NCBI GenBank assembly: GCA_049513715.1
Contig: JBEKVV010000002.1
Coordinates: 1-64,000, forward strand
Direction of reading: 5' to 3'
Source: Candidatus Bathyarchaeia archaeon
GTDB taxonomy: Archaea; Thermoproteota; Bathyarchaeia; 40CM-2-53-6
Length of the DNA: 64,000 nucleotides
Part shown: positions 9,320 to 19,884 of the stretch, piece after piece
Numbering within the stretch: the stretch's first letter is position 1
Layout: every line of letters starts with the position of its first letter
Made by a program: the position numbers and the translations under genes
Notes under the pieces: generated by a model
Told to the model about the DNA's origin: nothing
The model's database searches: none
The model's input: only the letters and a program-made list of their open reading frames with translations

Positions 9320-10630
9320 ATGCCAAAACTGGACGAGCCCGCTCCAGACTTCTTAGCAGACTCAAACAAGGGGGAGATCACTCTCGCAGCTTATCGAGGC
9401 AAATGGGTTGTTCTATTTGCATACCCAGCTGACTTCACACCTATCTGCGAAATGGACCTCCTCGGTTTCGCGAGGAACAAATCCGTCTTTGATAGCCTAG
9501 GAGTCCAGTTCATCGGATGGAGTGTTGACACTGTTGCGTCACACTTAAGATGGATTGAGGAGGTGAAGGAAAAGACTGGTGTGGAAATAAACTACCCATT
9601 GATAGCTGATCCTGACAGGAAATTAGCTACGACATACGAAATACTCCACCAAGAGAAAGATGTGGCAAACCGTGGAATATTCATCATTGACCCGGAGGGT
9701 ATTCTGAAGTTCAGCGCAACCTATGCGTTAGATGTTGGAAGAAGCGTCAAAGAAGTTGAAAGAATTATCAAGGTTCTTCAGAGAGCTAGGGAACTGCGGC
9801 ATCTTGAGGACTTTGAACGCGCCTCGGAGCTGAGCAGATATGAAGCGTCAATCAAGGTAGATGAAATCCATACGGATCCTCTTGAAGAAGCCAAGAGGAT
9901 CATTAGCGAAGCGGAAGGGGAAAGAGTCACACTTCGTCTCCTAGGGGGATTGGCTATTCGGCTACACTGCCACGGAAAGCACTCGGGTCACTTGCGAAAT
10001 TATAATGATATAGACCTCTTTGGATTCGCAGAACAACGTGAGGAAATCGAGTTGTTCTTCGCGAAGCATGAATACTCCCCAAACGCGTCGTTCAACATGA
10101 ACTCCGTAATGCTGGGTAGGTTACAATTCGTCAGTGCCAAGCATGCGAAGAGCGTCGATGTATTTCTAGACAAGCTCCGTATGCAGCATACTTTGGACTT
10201 TAGCCAGCGTATCCGATTAGACGATGTAACGATCCCGATAACCGACCTTCTCTTGGCCAAGCTTCAGATGGAAGGTAAAATCGAGGCCAGGGATGCCAAA
10301 GACATAGTGGCTATTCTTGAAGATCATGAGCTCGGACACGATGATGCCAAGGAAATCCTGAACTTAGATTACTTGGCGCATCTGTGCTCTCAGGATTGGG
10401 GTTTGTACAAAACCGTTACAGCGAGTTTGGAGAAGATCCGGCGAGTCATTGAGTCTGATGTTTCAGTTCAATGTGTCGGTATGGAGGCTGCGGAGTTAAT
10501 GCGGAAAGTTGATGCTATTCGTGATTCACTAACTTCACGGCGGAAGGGGCTTAGATGGAGAGTTAGAAGCCTGTTGGGTGAGAGAGTGAAGTGGTACACG
10601 GTCGTTGAGGTGGACGAGGAAGAAGTCTGA
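9320..10630 (+). CDS. Peroxiredoxin fused to a nucleotidyltransferase-like domain
   Basis: N-terminal YPADFTPICE, WSVD, RGIFIIDPEG, GRSVKE; C-terminal LLGGLAIRLH..DIDLFG..VDVFLD..LLLAKLQ..DWG paralogous to 13462..14277. Confidence 0.85.
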   Translation: MPKLDEPAPDFLADSNKGEITLAAYRGKWVVLFAYPADFTPICEMDLLGFARNKSVFDSLGVQFIGWSVDTVASHLRWIEEVKEKTGVEINYPLIADPDRKLATTYEILHQEKDVANRGIFIIDPEGILKFSATYALDVGRSVKEVERIIKVLQRARELRHLEDFERASELSRYEASIKVDEIHTDPLEEAKRIISEAEGERVTLRLLGGLAIRLHCHGKHSGHLRNYNDIDLFGFAEQREEIELFFAKHEYSPNASFNMNSVMLGRLQFVSAKHAKSVDVFLDKLRMQHTLDFSQRIRLDDVTIPITDLLLAKLQMEGKIEARDAKDIVAILEDHELGHDDAKEILNLDYLAHLCSQDWGLYKTVTASLEKIRRVIESDVSVQCVGMEAAELMRKVDAIRDSLTSRRKGLRWRVRSLLGERVKWYTVVEVDEEEV

Positions 10631-10712
10631 TAGCACCTGCTCGAAGTTGCGCAAAGGCAGGAGAGGCCACATACACTGAATACGTCGCTGCTATGCATCG
10701 CAAACCGGTCAT

Positions 10713-11078
10713 CTAGCGAGCTGCCCTTAGATTAGTGCGAGCATTTTCGCTGAAGATCGCGTCATCGATCGCGTCTAGGATCTTGCCATTTAACTTGTAG
10801 ATATTTGAAAGTCGTAGGAAAATACGAATATGAAGAGTTTCATTGTCTGTGCTACCCAATAGCGCGGCTGCCCTTAACGATGGCCTATGACCGAGTTCAC
10901 TCGTTGACTCATTATCCCCTAGATACAAGGCTTCCAAGGCAATCATCGCATCTTCAGAATCCGTTTCACTCATGCACGCATTGAAGCGGCGGGTTGGCAC
11001 ATTCACGCATTGCATCTGGCCAGATCGGGTTGCGGGGCTGGTGAATTCTGAATTCTGGGTTCTGAATTGCGCCACCAA
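10713..11078 (-). pseudogene. Fragment of an ApeA-like HEPN domain protein
   Basis: IALEALYL..SELGHRPSLRAAALLG pattern; the expected downstream R-x4-H motif is missing. Confidence 0.55.
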
Positions 11079-11266
11079 TGGCGGGTTCGTCTCTACATTG
11101 CACGCCAGGTTGCTGTGAATCTCGGTGCTATCGGAGGAGTATTTTTGGCGGATGAGGAATCGGAATGAACAGAAGGGAGAACTAGATTCGATACGTCATC
11201 ATATTTACTGTTCTTATCACGAATTTATAAGCGCAGCTCGAGTGATTTATCATCGGTCAACTAACG

Positions 11267-12424
11267 ATGTCGTTTATCTTTCACTCACCAACCCGAATCA
11301 GCTTTGGCGTCGGATCATCAAAGAAAGTAGGTGACGAAATCAGGAACGCGAATGCAACCAAAGCACTGGTTGTAACGGACCCAGGAATTGTGAAAGCAGG
11401 CATAGCAGACGAAGTCATGACCTTGATCAAAAATAGCGGTGTCGAGGCACATCTCTTCGACCAAGTTCAGCCAAACCCGCGAGACACAGACTGTATCAAG
11501 GGCGCTGACTTTGCAAGAGAAAAGAAAGTGCAGATCATAGTAGGCCTTGGAGGAGGCAGCCCCATGGACACCGCGAAGTGCATCGGAGTCCTGATGACCC
11601 ACGAAGGAACTCCGGTTGATTGGGACGCCAACAAACGGCTACTGGAAAGAAACATCACACCACTCATCTGCATCCCGACCACAAGTGGCACCGGTAGCGA
11701 GGTAACGAACTGGTCCGTAATCACCGACACGAAGCGCAAATTCAAGATGAGCATAGGTGGCAACTCCAAGATCGCCCCCTTCCTTGCATTAATCGACCCA
11801 GCCCTCACTGTGAAGATGCCGACAATAGTTACAGGATCCACTGGGATGGACGCATTGGTTCACGCGATAGAAGCTTACACTTGCCGTGTCTCTAACCCAA
11901 TTTCGGACGCCCTCGCACTCCGTGCAATCCAGTTAATCGCACACAGCCTCCTCACCGCTGTCAGGAACGGCGGTGACATGCAAGCACGAACTGACATGAT
12001 GCTTGCCAGTACTCTCGCCGGTATGGCCTTCAATAGTGCAGATGTTGCATCGGTTCACTCAATGGCAGAAGCGGTTGGCGGAATATTCGATACGCCCCAC
12101 GGCATAGCCAACTCCATGTTCTTGCCGATCATATTCGAAACTAACATCCCGTCGAACCCGGCTAAACATGCTCAAGTAGCTGAACTGTTAGGTGTCAAGA
12201 GAGGATCCCGATCAGACCTCGAGGTTGCCAAGGAAGGAGCTTCGAAGCTCAAGCAACTCGCTAAAGATGTGAAAACACCAACACTCAGAGAATTGAAAGT
12301 CGATAAAAAGGATCTTCCCACCTTGGCCAGTTATGCTGCTGAGAACGTCGCTACCAAAAGCAACGCGGTTCCCCTTACTCAAGCGGACTATCTGCGACTC
12401 TTTGAGAAATGCTTTGCAGAATGA
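11267..12424 (+). CDS. Iron-containing alcohol dehydrogenase
   Basis: GGGSPMDTAK, PTTSGTGSEVT, DALVHAIEAY, HSMAE..HG metal ligands. Confidence 0.95.
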   Translation: MSFIFHSPTRISFGVGSSKKVGDEIRNANATKALVVTDPGIVKAGIADEVMTLIKNSGVEAHLFDQVQPNPRDTDCIKGADFAREKKVQIIVGLGGGSPMDTAKCIGVLMTHEGTPVDWDANKRLLERNITPLICIPTTSGTGSEVTNWSVITDTKRKFKMSIGGNSKIAPFLALIDPALTVKMPTIVTGSTGMDALVHAIEAYTCRVSNPISDALALRAIQLIAHSLLTAVRNGGDMQARTDMMLASTLAGMAFNSADVASVHSMAEAVGGIFDTPHGIANSMFLPIIFETNIPSNPAKHAQVAELLGVKRGSRSDLEVAKEGASKLKQLAKDVKTPTLRELKVDKKDLPTLASYAAENVATKSNAVPLTQADYLRLFEKCFAE

Positions 12425-12500
12425 CGGCAGTTCGACCGAACTACAGTAACTTGTTGAAAAGGGTTGATAGATTCTGTTGTTGAATGAGGAGCTCACTTGA

Positions 12501-13451
12501 ATGGAGTACTCCATACTTTTCGTTACGGACCTTCACGGCTCCGATGTATGTCTGAAGAAGGCGGTGAATGGAGCGAAGGCGTACAAGGCAAATGCTCTGA
12601 TAATTGGCGGGGACATAACTGGCAAGTTCGTTGTCCCAGTCATTAAGGGACCGAATGGGTTTACTGCGGAATTCCAAGGGACCAAGTACGCAGCCAAAAC
12701 AGAAGAAGAACTGCAGAGAGTCTACAAAATCATGGCAGACTCTGGACAATACCCCTACATGACCAGTGATGAGGAATTCGAAGACGCTAGAGTCAGCAAG
12801 GAAAAGACCGAGGCAATATTCACTAACCTTGTGATTGAGCGACTCAAAGAATGGTTGAAAATCATAGAGGAACGAATGAAGAACACTGGAATAGGCGTGT
12901 TCATAACGGGTGGAAATGATGACTTCTATACGATCTCCGAAATTCTCAGAAGCAGTGAAGCTGTCACTAACCCTGAAGACCGAGTCGTTGAGGTAGGGGG
13001 ACATGAAATGATCAGCTCAGGTTATAGCAACATGACTCCGTGGAAGTGCCCCCGAGATATACCCGAGGAGGAGCTTGCAAAGAAGCTCGAAGAGATGGCA
13101 GGCCAAGTGAAGGACCCTAAGAAATCCATCTTCAACATTCACGTCCCCCCATACGATACTCCAATCGACCTGGCCCCTGACCTCGATGCAACACTCAGAC
13201 CCAAGATGTCAGGAGCCGAAGGTGGGTTCAAGATGGTTCACGTTGGGAGCACCGCGGTGAGGGGAATCATAGAAAAGTACCAACCTCTGGTTGGCCTACA
13301 CGGCCACATACATGAATCCAGAGCGGCTGTTAAGATCGGCAAAACCACTTGCCTCAACCCTGGCAGCGAATATGGCGAAGGAATTCTCCGCGGTGTCCTT
13401 CTCAATCTATCCCCTGACAAAGTCGTCAACTATTCATTCTTCGCAGGGTAA
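12501..13451 (+). CDS. Calcineurin-like (Icc-related) metallophosphoesterase
   Basis: TDLHG, GGD, GGNDD, HVPP, HGHIHES, NPGSEY. Confidence 0.92.
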   Translation: MEYSILFVTDLHGSDVCLKKAVNGAKAYKANALIIGGDITGKFVVPVIKGPNGFTAEFQGTKYAAKTEEELQRVYKIMADSGQYPYMTSDEEFEDARVSKEKTEAIFTNLVIERLKEWLKIIEERMKNTGIGVFITGGNDDFYTISEILRSSEAVTNPEDRVVEVGGHEMISSGYSNMTPWKCPRDIPEEELAKKLEEMAGQVKDPKKSIFNIHVPPYDTPIDLAPDLDATLRPKMSGAEGGFKMVHVGSTAVRGIIEKYQPLVGLHGHIHESRAAVKIGKTTCLNPGSEYGEGILRGVLLNLSPDKVVNYSFFAG

Positions 13452-13461
13452 GTGACATCAT

Positions 13462-14277
13462 GTGAAAGCCGCAGACAACGCATTCGTGGGAGAGGCATTA
13501 CGAATAGTCGAAAGCGCAGAGAAACAAGGAATCAAACTCAGAATAATGGGAGCAATTGCGATTCGCCTCCATGCTACCCGTATGCTTGAACAGAGTCAGA
13601 CTCTGAAAAGAGATATTACGGACATAGATTTTGTTGGGTACAGCAAACAGAAAAGCAAAATCGAGGACCTGATAATACAAGCAGGATACGACGAACTCAG
13701 AGCCATGCTCACTCCAGGGCTCCTACTTAATCGAATGATCTTCATCAGCAAAGACCCAGGCAAACACATCGACGTCTTCCTCGATCAGCTGCAGATGTGC
13801 CACACGGTCGATTTCAAGGACTGCCTAGATCTCGACTACCCAACCATATCTTTAGCCCATCTTCTTCTTCAAAAGATGCAGATCGTGAGAATCAACGAGA
13901 AGGACATCAAAGATACGCTCGCGCTACTTCTCGAACATGAGATGGGGAAGAGTGACAAAGAGACGATAGACGTTGAACTAATCACTAAGACGCTATCGGA
14001 AGACTGGGGCTTCTACTACACCGTAACCACAAACCTAGGGAAAGTAAGAACATTCATGGACACATACAAGCTAACAGAAGAAGACAGAGCGGTGATCAAC
14101 AAGAAACTCGACACTTTGATCAGCGCAATAGAAAACCAACCGAAAAGTCTGCGATGGAAGTTGAGAGCGAAGGTTGGCACGAAACAGAAATGGTACAATG
14201 AAGTCGAGGAAGTGGAAAGAGCAACCCATCTGACGGAAAACGGCAACAACAACTCCGGTGACGTTCCAGCCAATTGA
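13462..14277 (+). CDS. Uncharacterised nucleotidyltransferase-fold protein
   Basis: IMGAIAIRLH..DITDIDFV..IDVFLD carboxylate triad followed by helical domain (LLLQKMQ..KDIKD..DWGFY). Confidence 0.75.
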   Translation: MKAADNAFVGEALRIVESAEKQGIKLRIMGAIAIRLHATRMLEQSQTLKRDITDIDFVGYSKQKSKIEDLIIQAGYDELRAMLTPGLLLNRMIFISKDPGKHIDVFLDQLQMCHTVDFKDCLDLDYPTISLAHLLLQKMQIVRINEKDIKDTLALLLEHEMGKSDKETIDVELITKTLSEDWGFYYTVTTNLGKVRTFMDTYKLTEEDRAVINKKLDTLISAIENQPKSLRWKLRAKVGTKQKWYNEVEEVERATHLTENGNNNSGDVPAN

Positions 14278-14912
14278 ATGACGAACCATCAGCTCGCAAC
14301 GACTTCACATTAGGCCCGAAACCGAATGTGCAAGATCTCCTAGCCCTGATCACGACGGCAGACGCGTACCGCAACTTCATTTTCGGTAACCTTGAAGAAT
14401 TTCACAAAGATATAACCGCCAAGAAATTCGGAACAGATATTTTGACTGCCTGGGATGAAACCTATCAGTCCCTAAAGCGACTCGAAGCTGCGGGAAGATC
14501 AATCCCGGGCCTAGAAACGATCTGGAAGATGCGGTCCACGTCCCTCGTAGGGGCGATGATGCTGGTAGTCCTAACTATGGTGTCCATCATGACGCGGTTG
14601 AATGTTTGGCTTTTCTATGGGTCCTTCTACGGAGCACTGATAATGCTGGCTGTTTCGGGTGCCTCAAGCTATCTCTCGAGTAGACGAATCAACGCTTACG
14701 TACGGAGACAAAGCGGGAGACATGGAGCCGACATGAAAACCATTAAGGCCTTTATTCAGAAGTTGTTGAATTCACTGTCGCGTTATTTTCACGTTACAAA
14801 GGCCAATGCTGCAAAGTATCCTCTTGACCTCTACAATGTTGACTACAGGCGAATACACATTATGAAAAGCCCGGGGTTCCGCAGAACATACGAAGTCATC
14901 ATCGAGACCTGA
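14274..14912 (+). CDS. Hypothetical protein with two transmembrane helices
   Basis: Two hydrophobic segments; overlaps the NTase stop by 4 nt. Confidence 0.7.
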   Translation: MNDEPSARNDFTLGPKPNVQDLLALITTADAYRNFIFGNLEEFHKDITAKKFGTDILTAWDETYQSLKRLEAAGRSIPGLETIWKMRSTSLVGAMMLVVLTMVSIMTRLNVWLFYGSFYGALIMLAVSGASSYLSSRRINAYVRRQSGRHGADMKTIKAFIQKLLNSLSRYFHVTKANAAKYPLDLYNVDYRRIHIMKSPGFRRTYEVIIET

Positions 14913-15049
14913 TTAGATACCTGGCAAACAGAGAGCTGAAGCGACTCCCTTTTCGCGCAGAATCAATTAGCTTCTAACAGGTTTTTCGTGGACTTGGCAT
15001 ATAGACGATTTTGGAAGTATATTCTTCAACTTAAGGAGCGAACTCTATA

Positions 15050-16705
15050 TTGGAAACTCTCAAATGCACATTGGGTCGCAAAACACAGATTCGTAGACCT
15101 TCCTTGGCAACGGACTCGAAGGTATTCGTTAGAACCGCTTCAGGACTTGTCCGAACCATTAGCCCGTGGGGAGCCTTGGGTATGGCATTCGTGATGCCAG
15201 GTATCCTGAACCCTGCTTACCTGGGTGAATGGGGCGCAGGTCTGTACCCGAACTCATACGAGCCTGCCTCCGTGGGCGCGCTTGTTGTGCTTCTCCCAGT
15301 CATGGCCGTGTTCTACCTGTTCTCGGTTGCGATGCCACGTTCCGGAGGAGACTACATCTACGTCTCCAGGACACTAACGCCTGTTCTTGGGCTTGTAACC
15401 AGCTGGACCTTCTCGGTGGTCTTTTGGAGTTGGGCAGGCTTTCAAGGCGTGGTCACTTTCATTTATGGTCCGGCGGTCGACTTCATCGCACGAGGCCAAA
15501 TGACCGGCGATCAAGGACTCATCAACTTGGGCCTTCTAATCTACAACAATCCGTGGGTCCTTTGGATTCTAGCGACGCTGCATACTCTGGTCATGGGGCT
15601 CATAGCGTGGAGGGGAACTAAGGCAAGCGTAATGACAATGTACGTTGTTTGGGCCGCCTCAACAATCGGACTCATCGCGATGGCCATATCATGGATGGGT
15701 ATGCCCTCGCTTGATTTCTTCAAGGCCAATATGCTCAGAATGACCGGTGTTGATTACAACTCGATAATTACGACTGCCCGACAAAATGGTTGGACTGGGG
15801 GATACTATGCCCTGCCCACTATCTACGCCGGAGTTACCTACGTCATGCTCAACACTCTTGGCAACCAGGGAGTAGCCACAGTCGCTGGCGAAGTTAAGGA
15901 AGTTAAGAAAGCCACCTTCTTTGCACTGTTCGGTTCACTTGGATTGATGGCCCTCTACTGGCTCCCTCAGTACCTCTTCCTATTCGAGATTGGAGGACGT
16001 GATTTCACTAGCGCATCCGCGTACCTCTTCCAGATCGGAAAGAACCCATTCATCATAGAACCCGTATGGACCTACATGACTGCGATTGCATCGAACAACC
16101 CACTCCTAACCACGATTTACACGTACACATACGCAATGGCTAGCTGGGCAATCGGTTTCGGTGGCCTATACTTCAGCACAAGGGCAGTCTTCGCTTGGGG
16201 ATTTGATAGGGTCTTTCCTGAGTTCGTGAACAAGGTCAACAAGAGAGGAGTCCCGGTGGGAGCCATAGCCGTGGCCACATTCGGTGCGTGGGTGTGGACT
16301 ACACTCAACGTGTGGTTCCCGCAGTACATTAGGCTCATCGGATACACGACCTGCGTCTGGGCAATAGCTTGGGTTATCTTGGGAATTGCCGCGATTGCGT
16401 TCCCTTACCGCAGAAAGGAAGTCTTCCAAAAGTCCCCCGACGTAGTTCGAAGAAAAGTGCTCGGGTTACCTGTCATCGTCCACATGGGCTGGATGACCGT
16501 AGTTGTCGGAGGATTTATCGCATATGCAACCTTCCTCCCCGCAATAACTGGAACAAATGTGTGGTATTCATTTACACCATTCTTGACAACGGTGCTCACG
16601 CTAATGCTCATACCCGTTGTGATATTCTACGGCTACTACCTCTACCGAACACGAGTCGGCAAAGTGAGAATGGACATACAATTCAAGGAAATTCCACCCG
16701 ACTGA
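15050..16705 (+). CDS. APC-family amino acid/amine permease (start may be TTG 15104)
   Basis: FVRTASGLVR, MPRSGGDYIYVSR, GEVK, FDRVFP, FKEIPPD; about 12-14 TM segments. Confidence 0.92.
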   Translation: METLKCTLGRKTQIRRPSLATDSKVFVRTASGLVRTISPWGALGMAFVMPGILNPAYLGEWGAGLYPNSYEPASVGALVVLLPVMAVFYLFSVAMPRSGGDYIYVSRTLTPVLGLVTSWTFSVVFWSWAGFQGVVTFIYGPAVDFIARGQMTGDQGLINLGLLIYNNPWVLWILATLHTLVMGLIAWRGTKASVMTMYVVWAASTIGLIAMAISWMGMPSLDFFKANMLRMTGVDYNSIITTARQNGWTGGYYALPTIYAGVTYVMLNTLGNQGVATVAGEVKEVKKATFFALFGSLGLMALYWLPQYLFLFEIGGRDFTSASAYLFQIGKNPFIIEPVWTYMTAIASNNPLLTTIYTYTYAMASWAIGFGGLYFSTRAVFAWGFDRVFPEFVNKVNKRGVPVGAIAVATFGAWVWTTLNVWFPQYIRLIGYTTCVWAIAWVILGIAAIAFPYRRKEVFQKSPDVVRRKVLGLPVIVHMGWMTVVVGGFIAYATFLPAITGTNVWYSFTPFLTTVLTLMLIPVVIFYGYYLYRTRVGKVRMDIQFKEIPPD

Positions 16706-16769
16706 GCTTATGGACGGAACTTTCCCTGAATTGTTCCCATACCTTTTCTTCACGCGCACCCGTGGATGA

Positions 16770-17579
16770 TTGGTCAGTGAGTATGCAGTGAAGAGTATGA
16801 ACGTCAAAGGCAAAGTAGCTCTCATAACCGGAGTTGCAGGACCTGCAGGGATTGGCTTCGCATCGGCCAAAAGACTGGGTCAGGAAGGAGCAATCCTTGC
16901 AATTGCCGATGTATCGAACGAGGTCGATGAACGAGCAAGAGAACTACGGGCACTTGGAGCCCAAGTCACACCTTTCAAGTTGGACATCACGAAACTGAGC
17001 GAGGTCACTGCGATGGTTGAGAGCTTGCTCAAGGAACGGGGAAGAATCGACATACTCGCAAACATAGCAGGTTTAGGACCGAGGGGAAAATCATTCAGCC
17101 TCGGCAAGCTTTTCGTTGACATGACAGAGGAAGAGTGGGACAACCAAATTGCAGTGAATCTGAAGACGACTTTCAACTGCATCAAAGCCGTTCTTCCAAC
17201 CATGATAAGGCAGAGGTACGGAAGAATCGTCAACATGTCCTCCGTAACCGGAACGAATGTATCCGACCCCGCGGCCGCAGCTTACTCAGCAGCCAAGGCA
17301 GCTATTTCCGGTTTAACGAAAGCCCTGGCGCTCGAAGTCACTGGATATGGAATAACAGTGAACGCCATTTGCCCAGGCTGGATAGACACAGGACGAGAAC
17401 TGGAAAGGAAAGCCGGACTTGCCAGCCCAATGAAACGTGCAGGAAAACCAGACGAAGTAGCCAACTTAGTACTGTTTCTGGCATCGGACGAATCATCGTA
17501 CATGAGCGGACACGAAATAGTCGTAGACGGCGCTAACACTCTGCAGGAATACAAGGGCGAAGGAGAACTCGTCTTCTAG
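16770..17579 (+). CDS. Short-chain dehydrogenase/reductase
   Basis: TGVAGPAGIG, NIAG, SS, YSAAK, NAICPG. Confidence 0.93.
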   Translation: MVSEYAVKSMNVKGKVALITGVAGPAGIGFASAKRLGQEGAILAIADVSNEVDERARELRALGAQVTPFKLDITKLSEVTAMVESLLKERGRIDILANIAGLGPRGKSFSLGKLFVDMTEEEWDNQIAVNLKTTFNCIKAVLPTMIRQRYGRIVNMSSVTGTNVSDPAAAAYSAAKAAISGLTKALALEVTGYGITVNAICPGWIDTGRELERKAGLASPMKRAGKPDEVANLVLFLASDESSYMSGHEIVVDGANTLQEYKGEGELVF

Positions 17580-17839
17580 TGTAGGCACGTTACAGTCGTT
17601 AACGCTGAGACTTCGAAGAGAGTATCGATAAGCAATTCCGACACAAGAAAGAGGAAAGGAGGTACTTCGCTGGTCAAACTCCCAATTCTTTATCGTCCAC
17701 GCACATCCTCAATCTCCAAGCCCAATCAATGCGTCAGGTCTGGTTCGCCTCACGACGCGTAACAACCAGTCAAATGCACCAAACTCAGAGATGCCATGAT
17801 GCCCTTTCGCGAAATGCAGATCACTCACGACTAGAATGG

Positions 17840-18661
17840 TCAATATAGACAGTCACAGGCACTGATGCAAAGGGGTAATTTTCTCCCCACTTTTGCCACA
17901 CGGAGTGTTACAACAGCTAAGCATAGTGTGATTCCCGCGATGATCGCTGGGGTTTGCCATTCAGGGATGCTTGTGAATTGTTGGCTTTCAACTAGAAGAG
18001 ACCACGATGTCACAAGGGTAGATCTGTCGGCTCCGGGGACTGTCAATTGGAATGGTTGCCGGTTGGCGAGGGGTATGGTAGCTGGGTCCGTCGAAGTCAT
18101 GCCCACGTAGACGACATTCCCGTCGGCGCCGTAGAACGTGCCCACGACTTTCGTGTAATCGCTTTCTGTGTTGCCGTTGTTCTGCACAAAGCCAGTGAGC
18201 ACTATTGAGCCGTAGATGTCTCTCGTGGCATTAACCGCGTAAGCGTTCAACGCGAAGGTCACGGGCTGGGACTCGTGGAATTCCAGGCTGAGCGTGTAGC
18301 TACTTACAGCCCCTGAATTAGCCGCATTATCTTCCATCACATTAAAGCCAGCAGCCTCGCCTGGTGACAGGTTGTTGAGGAAAGTGTAGGCTGCAGGAAA
18401 GTCGATTATGCTTCCGTTTTGGGCTCGCAGCGTCGCCGAAATTCTGATCTGGGTGAGCCATACGTTGCCCGTGTTCAAGACTTCACCAACGACGTGCCAA
18501 TCGCCATTCAGGTCAATGTACGTGGTTTCCTTCTGGAGTTGAGCGTTGATTGTAGCAAACGCTGGACGAAAGAGCCAAGGAGCGCTAATCACGAAAAGAG
18601 CAACAATGAACAAAACGGTGGTTTTCTTCAATTCTCGATCCAGCCTTCTCCTACCAGCCAT
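17840..18661 (-). CDS. Secreted protein with two FxLYD-like domains and PEF-CTERM-like anchor
   Basis: Signal peptide; repeats VVGEVLNTG and LTGFVQNNG..VVGTFYGADG; IPEW + TM + basic tail. Confidence 0.75.
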   Translation of the reverse strand: MAGRRRLDRELKKTTVLFIVALFVISAPWLFRPAFATINAQLQKETTYIDLNGDWHVVGEVLNTGNVWLTQIRISATLRAQNGSIIDFPAAYTFLNNLSPGEAAGFNVMEDNAANSGAVSSYTLSLEFHESQPVTFALNAYAVNATRDIYGSIVLTGFVQNNGNTESDYTKVVGTFYGADGNVVYVGMTSTDPATIPLANRQPFQLTVPGADRSTLVTSWSLLVESQQFTSIPEWQTPAIIAGITLCLAVVTLRVAKVGRKLPLCISACDCLY

Positions 18662-18761
18662 TAGGCTTCATCTTGAATCTTGCGCCTCTCAGGAGTTGTC
18701 TGCATGGAAACCTGCAAATGTAAATATGCTGAACCGTTTCCAAACAGTATGGGAATTTGCA

Positions 18762-19085
18762 TTGGAAAATCTCGGCAAGGTTCTGAAGCTCAAAGACGCT
18801 GTGTCCTACCAAGAGGGAAGTATTGTAAGCCGCACCTTGATCGATAAGGAAAGTGGCACGGTCACACTTTTCGCGTTTGATGAGGGCCAAGCCCTGAGCG
18901 AGCACACGGCCCCGTTCGATGCATTGGTCATAGTTGTTGACGGCGAGGTGGACATCACCATCTCAGGCAATGTGTCCCACCTGAAAGAAGGGGAGATGAC
19001 GATCCTGCCAGCAAAGAAGCCGCACGCACTCAAAGCGGTGACGCGGTTCAAGATGGCCTTGGTTATGATACGAAGCCAAAAGTAG
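18762..19085 (+). CDS. Cupin domain protein
   Basis: SIVSRTLI..VTLFAFDEGQALSEHTAPFDA..PHALKA; TTG at 18762 more plausible than 18546. Confidence 0.9.
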   Translation: MENLGKVLKLKDAVSYQEGSIVSRTLIDKESGTVTLFAFDEGQALSEHTAPFDALVIVVDGEVDITISGNVSHLKEGEMTILPAKKPHALKAVTRFKMALVMIRSQK

Positions 19086-19131
19086 ATAGGCCGAACAATC
19101 AGCCATAGAACCTCATGCAAGCCAACTCGAG

Positions 19132-19884
19132 TTGTCGGTGTCACTGAACGTGAGCGACAACGATATTCCCGGGGGCCTATCCAAGGACCTCTGGCGTGAG
19201 GTCGTCAAAGCAATTGAAGATGCCATCCCACTCTACGACAACATAAACGACCTCATTTCATTCGGAAGAGCGCAGAAGGCTAGGATGTACGCAGTACAAA
19301 ACCTGGCACTAGCGGAGGGAGCGCGCGTTCTGGATGGCGGCATTGGCCCAGGCGCAACCTCAAAGCTCGTGTTATCAACGCTCAATTCGGGCCTATTGGT
19401 AGGGTTGGACGGTTCGGTGAGGCAACTCAAGGCCGCGAGGCAGAACTTGGCATACAACTCGAATCAGATGCTTGAGTTCGTTAGGGGGTCGTTTGAGTTC
19501 CTCCCGTTTCGGGACGAGTGCTTCGATGGAATCGTGACCTCCTTCGCCTTCAGAGATAGCTTAGACATGTCTAGGTCTATCAGCGAGTATTCGCGCGTAT
19601 GCGATGGCAAGGGAAGTTTCGCTATCGCGGACATCGCCAAACCCGACAACCAACTGAAGAGGGCTGGAGCGATGTGGTACATGCGTTACATTATGCCCCT
19701 AATCGCCAAAGTCGCCGTCCGGGGAAGAATTAGGGGCAACCCGTGGCGAATGATCGTCCCAACCTACATCTCACTGCCAACAACGAAGGTCATCGTATCC
19801 ATGGTGAAAGAGAAATTCGTGAAAGTCGAACTGAAAGAGTTCCTGTTAGGCGGCGCTATTGTCATAATCGGACGAAAATCTTGA
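19132..19884 (+). CDS. UbiE/MenG-like SAM-dependent methyltransferase
   Basis: YDNINDLISFG, VLDGGIGPG, LPFRDECFD, SFAFRD. Confidence 0.85.
   Translation: MSVSLNVSDNDIPGGLSKDLWREVVKAIEDAIPLYDNINDLISFGRAQKARMYAVQNLALAEGARVLDGGIGPGATSKLVLSTLNSGLLVGLDGSVRQLKAARQNLAYNSNQMLEFVRGSFEFLPFRDECFDGIVTSFAFRDSLDMSRSISEYSRVCDGKGSFAIADIAKPDNQLKRAGAMWYMRYIMPLIAKVAVRGRIRGNPWRMIVPTYISLPTTKVIVSMVKEKFVKVELKEFLLGGAIVIIGRKS

Noticed and set aside
13462..14912. Canonical CBASS system
   Set aside because: The NTase lacks recognisable CD-NTase features and sits among metabolic genes; kept only as an analogy
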